A stretch of DNA of 64,000 nt from Candidatus Bathyarchaeota archaeon (GTDB lineage Archaea; Thermoproteota; Bathyarchaeia; Bathyarchaeales; Bathycorpusculaceae): NCBI GenBank assembly GCA_963833575.1, contig CAWHXY010000004.1:640001-704000 (forward strand), read 5' to 3'. The translations under genes were made by a program, and so were the position numbers. Below are positions 1 through 10,585 of this stretch, piece after piece. Position 1 is the first letter of the stretch. The number at the start of each line of letters is the position of its first letter. Below the pieces are notes generated by a model that was not told the DNA's origin, did not search any database, and saw only the letters and a program-made list of their open reading frames with translations.

Positions 1-109
1 CCACACCTTAGTTAGGCTTGAGCACTGTTGCACCATAAATGTTTTTGTAAAAATGATAAAATTTAATTACAGATAATGCTTTTATGAAGGGCTAAAGGTT
101 GGCAAAAAA

Positions 110-763
110 TTGAAAGCAATTATGTTGGGAGCTCCAGGTGCAGGAAAAGGAACATATTCCTCAAGGCTTAAAGAAAAAATCGGTGTAGAAACAATCGCAA
201 CAGGCGATATTTTTCGTGAATTAATGAAGCAAGACTCGGAACTAGGCAAGAAAGTTAAAGGTTACGTGGAAAAGGGAATGCTAGTTCCCGATGAAGTCGT
301 AACAGAGGTACTGAGGCAGCGGTTAAGTAAAATTCCTGAAGGTAAAGGATTCATTTTAGATGGGTACCCACGAACGCTTGATCAGGCAAAAATGTTGGAA
401 ACTATTACAAAAATTGATGTTGTACTAATGCTTGATGTTCCAGATTGGATAATTATCGAACGTTTATCAACTCGCCGGATATGCCGTAACTGCGGAACTG
501 TTTACAACATTAGCTATTTGAAACCAAAAGTTGAAGGCGTCTGCGACAAATGTGGAGGACAACTCTATCAACGATCCGATGACAATCCTGAAGTTATAAA
601 GAAAAGACTCGAAGTGTACCAAGAACAAACAAAGCCACTAGTTGAATTCTTTAAGCAAAAAAGGATTCCGTTTGTTATTTCAGGCACCACAGCTCTTGAT
701 CAAAAGCCAGAACCCATAGTCGAGAAAATAATAACAGAGCTAAATAAACTCAAACTCGCCTAA
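110..763 (+). CDS. adk: Adenylate kinase (bacterial-type fold, Zn-binding LID)
   Basis: GAPGAGKGT P-loop, LDGYPRT motif, CxxC...CxxC lid, RSDD; TTG start. Confidence 0.95.
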   Translation: MKAIMLGAPGAGKGTYSSRLKEKIGVETIATGDIFRELMKQDSELGKKVKGYVEKGMLVPDEVVTEVLRQRLSKIPEGKGFILDGYPRTLDQAKMLETITKIDVVLMLDVPDWIIIERLSTRRICRNCGTVYNISYLKPKVEGVCDKCGGQLYQRSDDNPEVIKKRLEVYQEQTKPLVEFFKQKRIPFVISGTTALDQKPEPIVEKIITELNKLKLA

Positions 764-1215
764 ATATCCAAAATAAACTCTAATACCACCCAATCTCTTT
801 CCCTTATTATTACCATTCTATGATAAGTCACAGCTTTAACCCCAACTTTTTGCGGATGTTTTTGAGGATCAAATTTTTCACCCCAAATCTTCGCTTTGAA
901 TTTGAACGTTTCAGAGGTTTCTTTCCAATTTAGGATTTGGAATTTTGAGTAAAGCATGTTTTCAGTTTCAAACTTTACAAGCAAAGCTTCAAGCCAGTTA
1001 TATAGTAACGCATACTGGTCTTCAGCCTCAATCTCAATAGTTTGCTCTTGTGTTTGAGCGATTTTGTCTGAGTCGGTCATTGTTTCAAACATTGCTAGGG
1101 CAGCGTTTTCGTAGGCTTCTTCCATTGTTTTCCCACGTGCACTTACATAGACGTCTGCCGTGTGTTCTAGAAACTCAAATTTCCCCTCAAATTTTTGGGG
1201 CTTGTCGTCATTCAT
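760..1215 (-). CDS. Archease
   Basis: FEFLEHTADV N-terminal motif, VKAVTYH, C-terminal LDI. Confidence 0.93.
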   Translation of the reverse strand: MNDDKPQKFEGKFEFLEHTADVYVSARGKTMEEAYENAALAMFETMTDSDKIAQTQEQTIEIEAEDQYALLYNWLEALLVKFETENMLYSKFQILNWKETSETFKFKAKIWGEKFDPQKHPQKVGVKAVTYHRMVIIRERDWVVLEFILDI

Positions 1216-1295
1216 CGATAAAGACCCAAGGATAATGTGAACAGGTTGTTCTAAAAACGCTTTCGCTAATATGCCAACTGCAAAGAAATACTGGA

Positions 1296-1751
1296 CTATT
1301 TAGTTTCTAATGCAAAATAGTTTTCGATAGAAGCCTTAATGAGTTTAGCGCATACTTTTTGAGGTATGCCTTCCTGACGAAACTTGGCTGCTTCCTCAGG
1401 GTTAGATAAGTCATATTTGATTAAGTCTCTGCAGAAAGTGGTGCCATGCTGCTCTTCAAACTTCTCAAGAAGCGTTTTCGCATAAGCATAAGCTTTTGCT
1501 CGTTTTTCTACGCCAGTTTCATTTGAGGCATATTTTATGCCGACTGCCATTATGCTGCCAGTCAATGCACCGCATATAGAGCCGCAACGTCCTATGCCAC
1601 CGCCGAAGCATGCCGCTATCTTTGGAACAAGCTCATTTTTGCTTTTTGGTTCAATGTACTCATATAATGCTAAAAGCACGCTTTCGGCACAGTTATACCC
1701 ACTTTGAAAGTTTTTGATTGCGTTTTCAGATACTTCCTGATCTGATGACAC
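1296..1751 (-). CDS. C_GCAxxG_C_C family putative redox-active protein
   Basis: GYNCAESV, FGGGIG..GSICGALTG and later Cys residues; GTG start after GGAGGTGA SD. Confidence 0.85.
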   Translation of the reverse strand: MSSDQEVSENAIKNFQSGYNCAESVLLALYEYIEPKSKNELVPKIAACFGGGIGRCGSICGALTGSIMAVGIKYASNETGVEKRAKAYAYAKTLLEKFEEQHGTTFCRDLIKYDLSNPEEAAKFRQEGIPQKVCAKLIKASIENYFALETK

Positions 1752-1766
1752 GCAGGGTCACCTCCT

Positions 1767-2810
1767 TTAGAGATATTTTGAGGTTCTCTGGATTGCTGAA
1801 ACTGTGAGTTTCGCGCAGTTTTCAATGTCTCTTAGGCATAGCATACCAACGGGGCTGTGAATATAGCGCACGGGCATAGATATGTTTCCGCATGGAATCC
1901 CTTGTCGTGTAAGCGAAATTCTTGCCGCATCAGTTGAGCCCATTAAGCCTGTTTCTATCTGGTAGGGAATTTTTTCTTCTTCTGCAGAATCCAAAAGCCA
2001 TCGCAAAATCTTAGACGAAGTTATCAGGCCTGAATCAGTGATTGTGAGCGCTGGTCCTTTACCCATCTTTACGCTGGTATCAAACTCTTTTACTCCAGGA
2101 GTATCACCGGCTATAGTTACATCAAGCGCTATCGCCACGTCGGGGTCAATGTTGAAAGCTGCTGCTCCTGCACCGCGCAAGCCTACTTCTTCTTGAACAG
2201 TGCCGACTGCATATATTGTGAAGTCTGTTTTCTCCAGTATCCGGAGTGTCTCTACCATTGTGACGCAACCAGCTCGGTTGTCAAATGCTTTACCGACAAC
2301 GACGTCTTTGTCTAACTGAACATACTTAACGTCAAAACCTACTGGGTCACCTATTGATACGCCCATTGCTAAAGCATCATCTTTGCTCTCTGCCCCGATG
2401 TCAATGAAGAGTTCGTCGGAAGCTATGATTTTTTTGCGTTCTTCTTCCTTTTGAATGTGGGGAGGTTTTGAGCCTATTATCCCTGAGAAAGCACGTTTTT
2501 TAGAAAAGACGGTGACTCTCTGAGCGGGGAGGATGCGGTCATCTATCCCGCCCATTTTGGCAAATTGTAGAAAACCATCTTTAGTGATAGTTTTCACCAT
2601 TAAGCCAACTTCATCCATGTGAGCTGCCAGCATAATTTTGGGCGAATTTTCTTTTCCCTTTTTGACCGCAATAACATTTTCAAGTCTATCAACAATTATT
2701 TCGTCTGAGTAGGGCGTCATGAGTCTAATCATTAATTCCCTAACTTCATTCTCTCTGCCTGTTACTCCGCAGGCGTTAGAAAGTTTCGATAAATTCTCAT
2801 TTATGGACAA
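1767..2810 (-). CDS. M42 family (TET-like) aminopeptidase
   Basis: AAHMDEVG, KAFDNRAG, QEEVGLRGA, RYIHSP. Confidence 0.92.
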   Translation of the reverse strand: MSINENLSKLSNACGVTGRENEVRELMIRLMTPYSDEIIVDRLENVIAVKKGKENSPKIMLAAHMDEVGLMVKTITKDGFLQFAKMGGIDDRILPAQRVTVFSKKRAFSGIIGSKPPHIQKEEERKKIIASDELFIDIGAESKDDALAMGVSIGDPVGFDVKYVQLDKDVVVGKAFDNRAGCVTMVETLRILEKTDFTIYAVGTVQEEVGLRGAGAAAFNIDPDVAIALDVTIAGDTPGVKEFDTSVKMGKGPALTITDSGLITSSKILRWLLDSAEEEKIPYQIETGLMGSTDAARISLTRQGIPCGNISMPVRYIHSPVGMLCLRDIENCAKLTVSAIQRTSKYL

Positions 2811-2977
2811 TTAAATGACTTCCTAAGTTTTTATAGATAAAACTTTGAGAGATTGCTTATTAAACAATTGTGGTCAAAATTGGTGTTAATACAAATTTTT
2901 AGGCTAGAATTGGCAAACAAGTGTTCGGAGTTAAGAACTAAATATTTTTTGACTAGTAAGGTGTGGACTTGTAGTTT

Positions 2978-4879
2978 CTATTGCCTTGTTTGTGGTAATT
3001 CAACTGTGAATTTGGTTCCTTTATTTGGTTGGCTTTCGAATGTGATTTCGCCTTTTAATGCGTCTACAAGCCGTTTTACAACCGCCAAACCTAGGCCTTG
3101 ACCTTTTGATTTTGTCGTGAAAAGCGGTGTAAATAGTCTAGTTTTAACTTCATCAGATATACCTAAACCTGTGTCTTCAACAATAATCACTATTTTGTCT
3201 TTTTTCTTGTTTGCTTTAACGGTTAATTCACCCTCGTTGGGCATCGCCTGCACTGCGTTAGTGATTAGATTCGTCAGTATCCTTCTAAGGTAAGCAACAT
3301 CTGTTTGGATTGCTTTTGAGTTATCTTTGATATCGGTCGTTAACTCTATTCTTTTTGGAACAGTAATTGTTGAAATTGTGCCTTCTACTATTTCTGAAAG
3401 ATTTGCTTCTTGAATGCTGGGTTTTAAGGGTCTTGTGTAGTCTTGCAAGTCGCTAACAATCTTATCTATGTAGGCGAGATTTTCGTTGACTGCATCGATG
3501 CTTTCAAAGACCTCTTGTTTGCTTTCGCCTTCAGGCATTGTTTTCAGTTCTTCTGTTATCAAGTACATATCCCCAGTTATCGCCTGAAGCGGGTTGCGAA
3601 TATCATGACCAACCATACCGGCTGTCTGCCCGATGGCTGCTAGACGCTCAGAGTTTTTAAGTTGCTGTGCCCTTTGCTCAGCTAGTTCTTCCATTTGGCT
3701 GGCGTATTCTTCAAGTAAAACAGCATTTTCTTCAAGTTTAACCTGAACTTTGGCCCGTGCCTCTTCAGCTTTCTTCATCTCATCGATATCCACTGTGTAG
3801 GCACGTATTTTCTGGGTTTCGGGAACAAGATAAAAGGTTTCATGATACCAGTGGTCAGCAACTTTTACTTCTCTCCCAAAAACTTTTTTTGTTTCTCCTA
3901 CAAATTTTTTGGCAATAGCATGCCAATCAGAAAGAAAAGGATGTCTAAGACCTAAATTTTCAAAATCTGGAAAGAGTATTTTTGTTGCTGGATTAGAATA
4001 GGTCAGTTTTCCGCTAAAATCAGCTTCGAATATTGCATTAGGATTGAGAGTTGGAAATGATGCTAAACGCTCAATTTCTTTTTCAGCTCTTTTGCGCTCT
4101 GTAATGTTTCGGGCAACGTGTACCGAACCAGTTACGCGTCCCTGTTCATCTTTGATAGGAGTTGTACTGACTAAGAAGTAGCCTCCAAGACTGGGCGCGT
4201 AGACTTCCGCAATATGTTCTTTGCCGTCTTCCAAGGTCTTGGCATGAGGACAAAATTCTGGTGGAATATCCGTTCCATGAACACATTTGTAGCAGCTTAA
4301 TCCGATAGCTTCTTGCGAGGTAAAACCAAGTTGCTTTGCCATAGCTCTGTTAGCTCGCACGATTTTGTGTTTTTTATCCAATATTGCGATAAAGTCTGGA
4401 ATGGTGTCAAATGTGCGCTCCCAATCGTTTCTTGCTCTTCGAAGCGCCTGTTCAGCTTTTTTGCGTTCAGTTATATCCTCAAAAAGTGCAACGAAGTAAC
4501 CTTTTTCTGGGCAATATGCTGACACGTTATACCATTTACCAAGCGGTTCAGCGAAATTTTCAAACTGAATTGATTCACAAGTCAACGCAACTTTACCGTA
4601 AATGCCTATCCAATCTGCAGGGTCATTCTCTATGCCCTTCAGAACTTCAGTCACTCGTTTTCCAATAATCTTATCTCTTTGCAAGCCAGTCATTATCTCA
4701 AAAGCAGGGTTAACTTCCAAAAAAATATAGTCAACTGGTTTACCGTTTTGGTCAACTACAATTTTGTGATAGGAAAAACCGTCGAGCATTCTATCAAAAA
4801 ACATGTTAAACTGTTTCCCATCGACGCTGAGAGCTTTTGACAATGCATTGGATAAAGAATCTATGGGCAAGTTAAACAC
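2978..4879 (-). CDS. Cytoplasmic multi-PAS sensor histidine kinase
   Basis: PAS/PAC repeats (DITERKKAE), H-box GHDIRNPL, N-box NLITNAVQAM, G-boxes DTGLG and GQGLGL. Confidence 0.92.
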   Translation of the reverse strand: MFNLPIDSLSNALSKALSVDGKQFNMFFDRMLDGFSYHKIVVDQNGKPVDYIFLEVNPAFEIMTGLQRDKIIGKRVTEVLKGIENDPADWIGIYGKVALTCESIQFENFAEPLGKWYNVSAYCPEKGYFVALFEDITERKKAEQALRRARNDWERTFDTIPDFIAILDKKHKIVRANRAMAKQLGFTSQEAIGLSCYKCVHGTDIPPEFCPHAKTLEDGKEHIAEVYAPSLGGYFLVSTTPIKDEQGRVTGSVHVARNITERKRAEKEIERLASFPTLNPNAIFEADFSGKLTYSNPATKILFPDFENLGLRHPFLSDWHAIAKKFVGETKKVFGREVKVADHWYHETFYLVPETQKIRAYTVDIDEMKKAEEARAKVQVKLEENAVLLEEYASQMEELAEQRAQQLKNSERLAAIGQTAGMVGHDIRNPLQAITGDMYLITEELKTMPEGESKQEVFESIDAVNENLAYIDKIVSDLQDYTRPLKPSIQEANLSEIVEGTISTITVPKRIELTTDIKDNSKAIQTDVAYLRRILTNLITNAVQAMPNEGELTVKANKKKDKIVIIVEDTGLGISDEVKTRLFTPLFTTKSKGQGLGLAVVKRLVDALKGEITFESQPNKGTKFTVELPQTRQ

Positions 4880-5114
4880 CGTACTTTCTGAAATTTAGGT
4901 TCTACGGGTATAAAAAAGTTCATTTCACGGAAAAGTTGCTCTAAGAAAATACTTATGGATGTAGATAAGAAAATATCCACATGGACCATCGACATATAAG
5001 TTGTCAGCTTAAGAAACAAAGTGTTGACACTTTTGATATTAGTCTTTCAAAATTCTACGAAGATAATTCTTAAATCGTTAAACTGCATTCACAAACATCT
5101 TAAGGTGTAAAAAA

Positions 5115-6044
5115 TTGGCACAACCACCAAGTTACAAAACAGTTTTTGTTTTTTTAGACACAGACAAATATTGTAGCCCATTTGATATGCTAGTAGCTAT
5201 TGACGCTTTCCCAGACTCAATGATATTCAAATACGAAAACGTAACCGCTGAAGACGCCCCCAAAATAGTTTTTGACTTACTCTTTCCGCGTGGACCAGAG
5301 GGAGCAAAACACACAAAAATTTTCATCAACGGAAGCAACTTCGAAATGGTTGAGAAAGTAGTCGAAGCAACTCAGAAAGCTATGAAGTCAGCCCCATGGG
5401 GAAACAGCATAATCGTTGACCCACGAGGAGGATACTCAACAGCCGCAGCAGCAGTAGCAAAAACTTTCGGAGCAGCCATGGAGAAAGGTTTCGGCACATT
5501 GGAAGGCAAAAAAGTCACAGTACTCGCAGGAACAGGACCAGTCGGACAAACAGCCGCAAGAATCTATGCAGCCGAAAAAGCAAACGTAACCATCACATCC
5601 CGCACAATGGCAAAAGGACAAGCGGTCGCTGAAAAAATCAACCAAGAAGTCGGCGCACAAAGAGTCAAAGTTGTCGAAGTAGCAAAACCAGAACAAACAG
5701 CAGACGCCGTCAAAGACGCGGAAATCATACTTTCAGCAGGCGCAGGCGGAATACAACTCCTGTCACAATCACAAATTGGTGCATCCTGCAAAATCGTTGC
5801 CGACATCAACGCTATCAAACCCTTAGGCGTGGAAGGCTTAGGCTCAAATGATGATGGCATAGAAATTAAACCAGGTGTTTATGGCATAGGCGCATTAGCT
5901 ATCGGCAAACTCAAAATTAAGACAGAGACAGAAATGATAAAACGGGCAACCAACGAGCCGCAGGGATTATTTGATTACTCAATCGCCTATACCATTGCTA
6001 AAGACGCAATCTTGAAAAAGCTTGCAAAGGCAGCTGCTAAATAA
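5115..6044 (+). CDS. NAD(P)-dependent methylene-tetrahydromethanopterin dehydrogenase (MtdA/MtdB family)
   Basis: LDTD..SPFD, FPRG, DPRGGYSTAAAAV, VLAGTGPVG, DINA..PLGVEG and GALAIG.LK match MtdA/MtdB signatures. Confidence 0.85.
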   Translation: MAQPPSYKTVFVFLDTDKYCSPFDMLVAIDAFPDSMIFKYENVTAEDAPKIVFDLLFPRGPEGAKHTKIFINGSNFEMVEKVVEATQKAMKSAPWGNSIIVDPRGGYSTAAAAVAKTFGAAMEKGFGTLEGKKVTVLAGTGPVGQTAARIYAAEKANVTITSRTMAKGQAVAEKINQEVGAQRVKVVEVAKPEQTADAVKDAEIILSAGAGGIQLLSQSQIGASCKIVADINAIKPLGVEGLGSNDDGIEIKPGVYGIGALAIGKLKIKTETEMIKRATNEPQGLFDYSIAYTIAKDAILKKLAKAAAK

Positions 6045-6134
6045 AACAGCTATTTTCTCACTTTTTTGCTCTTTACTTAAACCATTTTTTTCTTCGCTTT
6101 TAGATTCAGACAGATTTTTTGAAAAAAGGAAGTG

Positions 6135-7295
6135 TTAGAAGGCGCCAGCGATTCTGTTACAGGCTTCAATTACACGTTCCTTGGGCTGTGTAAACGTCAT
6201 TCTCGCATAACCTTCGCCAAACTTGCCAAAACCGATACCCGGCGTCACTGCTACACCAACGTCAAGCAGTTTGGTAGCGAATTGCATTGAATCGCCTTTG
6301 CAGTTAACCCAAACGTAAAAGGTTGCTTTGGGCTTGTCGCATTTGTAGCCAATCTTGCAGAGTGTTTCAACAAGTAAGTCGCGGCGTTCCTGGAGAATTT
6401 GATTGTTTTTCTTTAGGAACTCTGGTTTGTCGTTGCTTGTGTAGGTTGCTAAGGCTTTGACGGCGACTTTCTGAGTGTAAACTGGGGGTCCAGAATCGAT
6501 CTGTGACTTGATTTTTGTTAATCCGCTTATAAGCTGCTTGTTGCCTACAGCGAAGCCGATGCGATCGCCAGTCATGTTGAAAGTTTTTGAAAGGGAATGG
6601 AATTCAACTGCAACATCTGTTGCGCCGTCAACTTCCAAAATGCTGGGTGCTTGATAGCCGTCGTAAGTGATTTCTGAGTAGGCATTATCATAACAAAGGA
6701 TTATGTTATTGTCTTTGGCGAAGTCAACGGCTTCTTTGAGGAATCGAATGTCGATTGTTGCTGCTGTCGGGTTGTTTGGATAGTTGAGAAACATCATCTT
6801 AATGCCCTTTGCATTTACAGCGTCAAAATTTGGCTTAAAACCGGTTTCCTCAAGCAGAGGCAAAGAAACTGGATTGCCGTCACAAAGAATGGTGCTACCG
6901 TTAGCGTAAACTGGGTAAGCTGGATTAGGCACCAATACTTTGTCTCTCGGATTTATGAAAGCTCGGGCAATATTTGCAATGCCTTCTTTTGAGCCCAAAA
7001 GAGCAATTACTTGGTCTTGTTGAAGGTCAACATTGAAGCGATTCTTGTACCATGCTGCAACTGCTTCGCGGAAGTCTGGTTCGCCTTGGCTAAATGAATA
7101 ATTATGGTTTTTTATGTTAGCTACTTCTTCTTTTAGCGCTTCTATGATGAATTGAGGAGGAGGGAGGTCAGGGTCACCGATGCTTAACGAAATCAGGTCG
7201 ATGCCTTGTGCTTTCTTTTCTTTAATGATTTTCTCTATTTCTGCGAATAAGTATGGAGGTAATCGCTTTATTCGATTTGCAGATTCAAAGGTCAT
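6135..7295 (-). CDS. dapL: LL-diaminopimelate aminotransferase
   Basis: RLPPYLFA, NYPNNPT, YDNAYSE, HSLSKTFNMTGDRIG; last gene of the dap operon; start placed at the ATG just past the dapF stop. Confidence 0.85.
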   Translation of the reverse strand: MTFESANRIKRLPPYLFAEIEKIIKEKKAQGIDLISLSIGDPDLPPPQFIIEALKEEVANIKNHNYSFSQGEPDFREAVAAWYKNRFNVDLQQDQVIALLGSKEGIANIARAFINPRDKVLVPNPAYPVYANGSTILCDGNPVSLPLLEETGFKPNFDAVNAKGIKMMFLNYPNNPTAATIDIRFLKEAVDFAKDNNIILCYDNAYSEITYDGYQAPSILEVDGATDVAVEFHSLSKTFNMTGDRIGFAVGNKQLISGLTKIKSQIDSGPPVYTQKVAVKALATYTSNDKPEFLKKNNQILQERRDLLVETLCKIGYKCDKPKATFYVWVNCKGDSMQFATKLLDVGVAVTPGIGFGKFGEGYARMTFTQPKERVIEACNRIAGAF

Positions 7296-7296
7296 T

Positions 7297-8130
7297 TTAT
7301 TGTTCTCCAAATAGGGTTGCTTCAAAAACTTTTTCAGCTGCTCCGCTCAAAAACAAGTTTTCAGCAACTTCCACTCGCAAATCGCCACCAAGCACATGTA
7401 CTGTAACTTTGTTTCCAACTTTTCCAAGCTTGTTTGCAGCTGCAACAGCAGCGCAGGTTCCGGTACCGCACGCTAGAGTTTCTCCGCAGCCACGTTCCCA
7501 AACACGGACTCTAAGCTCGTTTTGGTTTACGACTTGTGCGAAGCCGACGTTGGTTCGATTTGGAAAAGCCGTGTGATTCTCAATTTTCGAGCCGACCTTC
7601 TCGACTGGAAAATCGTTTACATCTTCGACGAATATTATGCAGTGCGGATTTCCCATTGAGAGGCAAGTTACTTTGAATATTTCACTCTCTACTTCTAATT
7701 TTTCGTTGATGCAAGTGCCTTGTCCAATCATAGGAAGAGACTTTCGTTCCCAATTTGGCGCACCCATATCCACTTTAACATCTGTGACTTCTTTGCCGTT
7801 TAGGGTCAACCAAACGTGTTTTAAACCAGATAGCGTCTCGACCATGAACTCCGGCTTAACTACGATGCCATTTTCATAACAGTACTTGACAAAACATCTT
7901 ATCCCGTTGCCACACATTTCTGCTTCGCTACCATCAGCGTTGAAGATCCTCATCTTAGCATCAGCTACTTTGGAGTTGGAAACAAGCAATAGACCGTCTG
8001 CTCCAATCGAAAAGCGTCGTTCACAAAGCCGCTTAGCTAGATCCTCAGCCCGATTACCGCTAATCCCTTCGTCTCGGTTGTCGACCACTATGTAATCATT
8101 GCCTAAACCATGCATCTTCCAAAAACGCAT
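7297..8130 (-). CDS. dapF: Diaminopimelate epimerase
   Basis: KMHGLGND, EMCGNGIRC, ERGCGETLACGTG. Confidence 0.96.
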   Translation of the reverse strand: MRFWKMHGLGNDYIVVDNRDEGISGNRAEDLAKRLCERRFSIGADGLLLVSNSKVADAKMRIFNADGSEAEMCGNGIRCFVKYCYENGIVVKPEFMVETLSGLKHVWLTLNGKEVTDVKVDMGAPNWERKSLPMIGQGTCINEKLEVESEIFKVTCLSMGNPHCIIFVEDVNDFPVEKVGSKIENHTAFPNRTNVGFAQVVNQNELRVRVWERGCGETLACGTGTCAAVAAANKLGKVGNKVTVHVLGGDLRVEVAENLFLSGAAEKVFEATLFGEQ

Positions 8131-8133
8131 AAG

Positions 8134-9420
8134 TCACTCTGCCGCCTGTTGATTGCTCGTTAAATTATCAAGTTTTTCCCGTTCCCTAATCACGAAAGAC
8201 TTGCCTTGCCTAATCAGAACTTCTGCAGCTTTTGGTCTTGCATTGTACTGTGAGCTCATGCTGAAACCGTATGCCCCAGCGTTCAAGACTGCCAACAAGT
8301 CACCTTCCTCAATAACTGGTAGCATCCGGTCTTTTGCTAAGGCATCGCCTGACTCACAGATTGGCCCTACCACATCATAGGTTTCCTTATCTGCTGCTCC
8401 AAGCTTGTTGGCAACCAATATGGGATGGTAGGAACCGTACATAGTTGGTCTAATTAGTGTGTTGAAGCCTGCATCCACACCTACGAACTTCTTTGAAGGC
8501 GTCACTTTTACTGTGTTAACAGTTGTTAGCAAAATGCTTGCGTCGCAGACTAAGTATCTGCCTGGTTCAATGCACAGAAACGGCTTTCCAAGTCCATATT
8601 CAGCAACCTTAGTCTTGAATGGCGCAACCACTTTGTTGGCGAATTCTGATAAATCAAAGTCTTTATCTTCCGGCTTGTAAGGAACACCAAAGCCACCGCC
8701 TATATCAATAAATTCAAAGTCTACTCCTACTTCGTCATGAACACGCTTAGCAATACTCAACAGCTTTTCCACGGCTAAAGTGTAAGGTTCAACTTCAAGA
8801 ATACCTGAACCGATGTGCATTTGAATGCCGAAACGTTCAACCCTGGCTCTTTTTGCAATCGCATAAGCCTGAATTACTTCTTCTTCGCAAAGTCCAAATT
8901 TCGAGTCGTGACCTGCAGTTATGCAATGACTATGATGCCCTGCACCAATTTCAGGATTAACACGCACTGATACAATTTGTGGCACGGCAACCTTTAGCAA
9001 TCGATCTAACTCGGACTGTGAATCAATGTTTACAGTGACATTTGCATCTGCCAGCATTTTTAATTCATCGTTTCGGACACTGGTTCCAGTGAACATTATG
9101 CGGTCTTGAGTATATCCACTGATTAAGCCCATGAATACTTCTCCAGGACTAACCGTGTCTAAATATGCACCTTGTGACTGCAAAATCTTTAGCACTGTAA
9201 GGTTAGAATTTGCTTTTGCAGCATAATAGACCCGGACGTATTTGTAGTTGCGGATTAAAGCGTCATGAATCCGATTGTAATTGTCCCTAATGCGTTTCTC
9301 GCTTACCACATACAAAGGAGTATCATATTTTTGAGCTAAATCTTTGACTGAACATCCATCAAAGAACAAGCATCCTTTCCGCTCCTCCAACGGTTCACGA
9401 AGCTTCCTATTTTTAACCAT
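8134..9420 (-). CDS. lysA: Diaminopimelate decarboxylase
   Basis: YAAKAN PLP lysine, HIGS, GGGFG, EPGRY, GPICESGD, GAYG. Confidence 0.95.
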   Translation of the reverse strand: MVKNRKLREPLEERKGCLFFDGCSVKDLAQKYDTPLYVVSEKRIRDNYNRIHDALIRNYKYVRVYYAAKANSNLTVLKILQSQGAYLDTVSPGEVFMGLISGYTQDRIMFTGTSVRNDELKMLADANVTVNIDSQSELDRLLKVAVPQIVSVRVNPEIGAGHHSHCITAGHDSKFGLCEEEVIQAYAIAKRARVERFGIQMHIGSGILEVEPYTLAVEKLLSIAKRVHDEVGVDFEFIDIGGGFGVPYKPEDKDFDLSEFANKVVAPFKTKVAEYGLGKPFLCIEPGRYLVCDASILLTTVNTVKVTPSKKFVGVDAGFNTLIRPTMYGSYHPILVANKLGAADKETYDVVGPICESGDALAKDRMLPVIEEGDLLAVLNAGAYGFSMSSQYNARPKAAEVLIRQGKSFVIREREKLDNLTSNQQAAE

Positions 9421-9457
9421 ACTTGTTTACACCCACGTTATGTCGGATTAGAATAGT

Positions 9458-10516
9458 TTAAGCTAAACCTTTAGCTACAAAGAGCTCAGCACTTAAAACT
9501 CCGGCGCCTGCACCGCCACGAACTGTATTATGCCCAAGACACATGTATTTAAAAGTCATAATTGGATCTTTGCGTATTCTGCCAACTACAACACTCATTC
9601 CGCAGCCGGTATCACGATCAAAGCGTGGCTGAGGCCTGTTTTTCTCATGCCGAACCACAATTGGGTTAAGTGGGGCAGAAGGCAACTTGAGCTTTTGCGG
9701 TTCACCGCTAAAGTTGGCAAAAGCACCTTCTATTTCCTCTATTGACGGATCTTCTGAGAGCTTTACGAAGACTGATTCTAAATGTCCATCTTTTACGTGA
9801 ACTCTGTTGCAGCTTGCACTAAGCTTGAACTCAGCATTCTTGATCGCCATGCCGTTGAAGTTACCAAGTATCTTTAGAGCTTCCGCCTCCATCTTCTCTT
9901 CCTCCCCTGAAATAAAGGGAACCACATTATCGATTATGTCTAATGAGGGTACACCTGGGTATCCTGCTCCGCTTAACGCTTGCATAGTTGATACAATGAT
10001 TTCCTTTAAGCCAAACTGTATCAAAGGCTTAAGAGTAACCGCAAGTTGAATTGTACTGCAGTTGGGGTCTGTTGTAATGAAGCCTTTCCAACCCCTTAGT
10101 TTTTGCTGAATCTTTATCAAATTAGCGTGATCTGGGTTAATTTCTGGAATAAGTAACGGAACATCTTTTTCCATTCTATGAGCGCTTGCCTTGCTAAAAA
10201 CTGGATAAAGCGCTGCAAACTCTGATTCAACTGGACCCGCTAAGTCTCCTGGCAACGATGAAAACACTAGATCAACATCCCCTGCCTTCTCTACTGATAC
10301 AACGTCAGCGTTTGTTACGTGCATTTCGGCAATTTCTTTAGGTAAATTTGACTCCATAACCCAATTGCAAGCATCTCCATATTTTTTGCCTGCTGATCGC
10401 TCTGAAGCAGCAAGCACTTCAATTTGGAACCATGGGTGCCCCTGCAGGAGTTGAATGTACCGCTGACCAACAGCTCCGGTTGCTCCTAATATTGCGACTT
10501 TACGCTTTATTGTCAT
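9458..10516 (-). CDS. asd: Aspartate-semialdehyde dehydrogenase
   Basis: GATGAVGQ, PNCST catalytic Cys, QALSGAG, HNTVRGGAG. Confidence 0.95.
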   Translation of the reverse strand: MTIKRKVAILGATGAVGQRYIQLLQGHPWFQIEVLAASERSAGKKYGDACNWVMESNLPKEIAEMHVTNADVVSVEKAGDVDLVFSSLPGDLAGPVESEFAALYPVFSKASAHRMEKDVPLLIPEINPDHANLIKIQQKLRGWKGFITTDPNCSTIQLAVTLKPLIQFGLKEIIVSTMQALSGAGYPGVPSLDIIDNVVPFISGEEEKMEAEALKILGNFNGMAIKNAEFKLSASCNRVHVKDGHLESVFVKLSEDPSIEEIEGAFANFSGEPQKLKLPSAPLNPIVVRHEKNRPQPRFDRDTGCGMSVVVGRIRKDPIMTFKYMCLGHNTVRGGAGAGVLSAELFVAKGLA

Positions 10517-10585
10517 TGTTTGTTTCTTCCTTTGCCCTTTTGATCTGGTTGTCGTTGATAAAAAAGTTAATGGTTGATTTACAGG

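Noticed and set aside
1-36. Minus-strand ORF start (MVQQCSSLTKVW) running off the window
   Set aside because: Only 12 codons are visible, so it cannot be identified.
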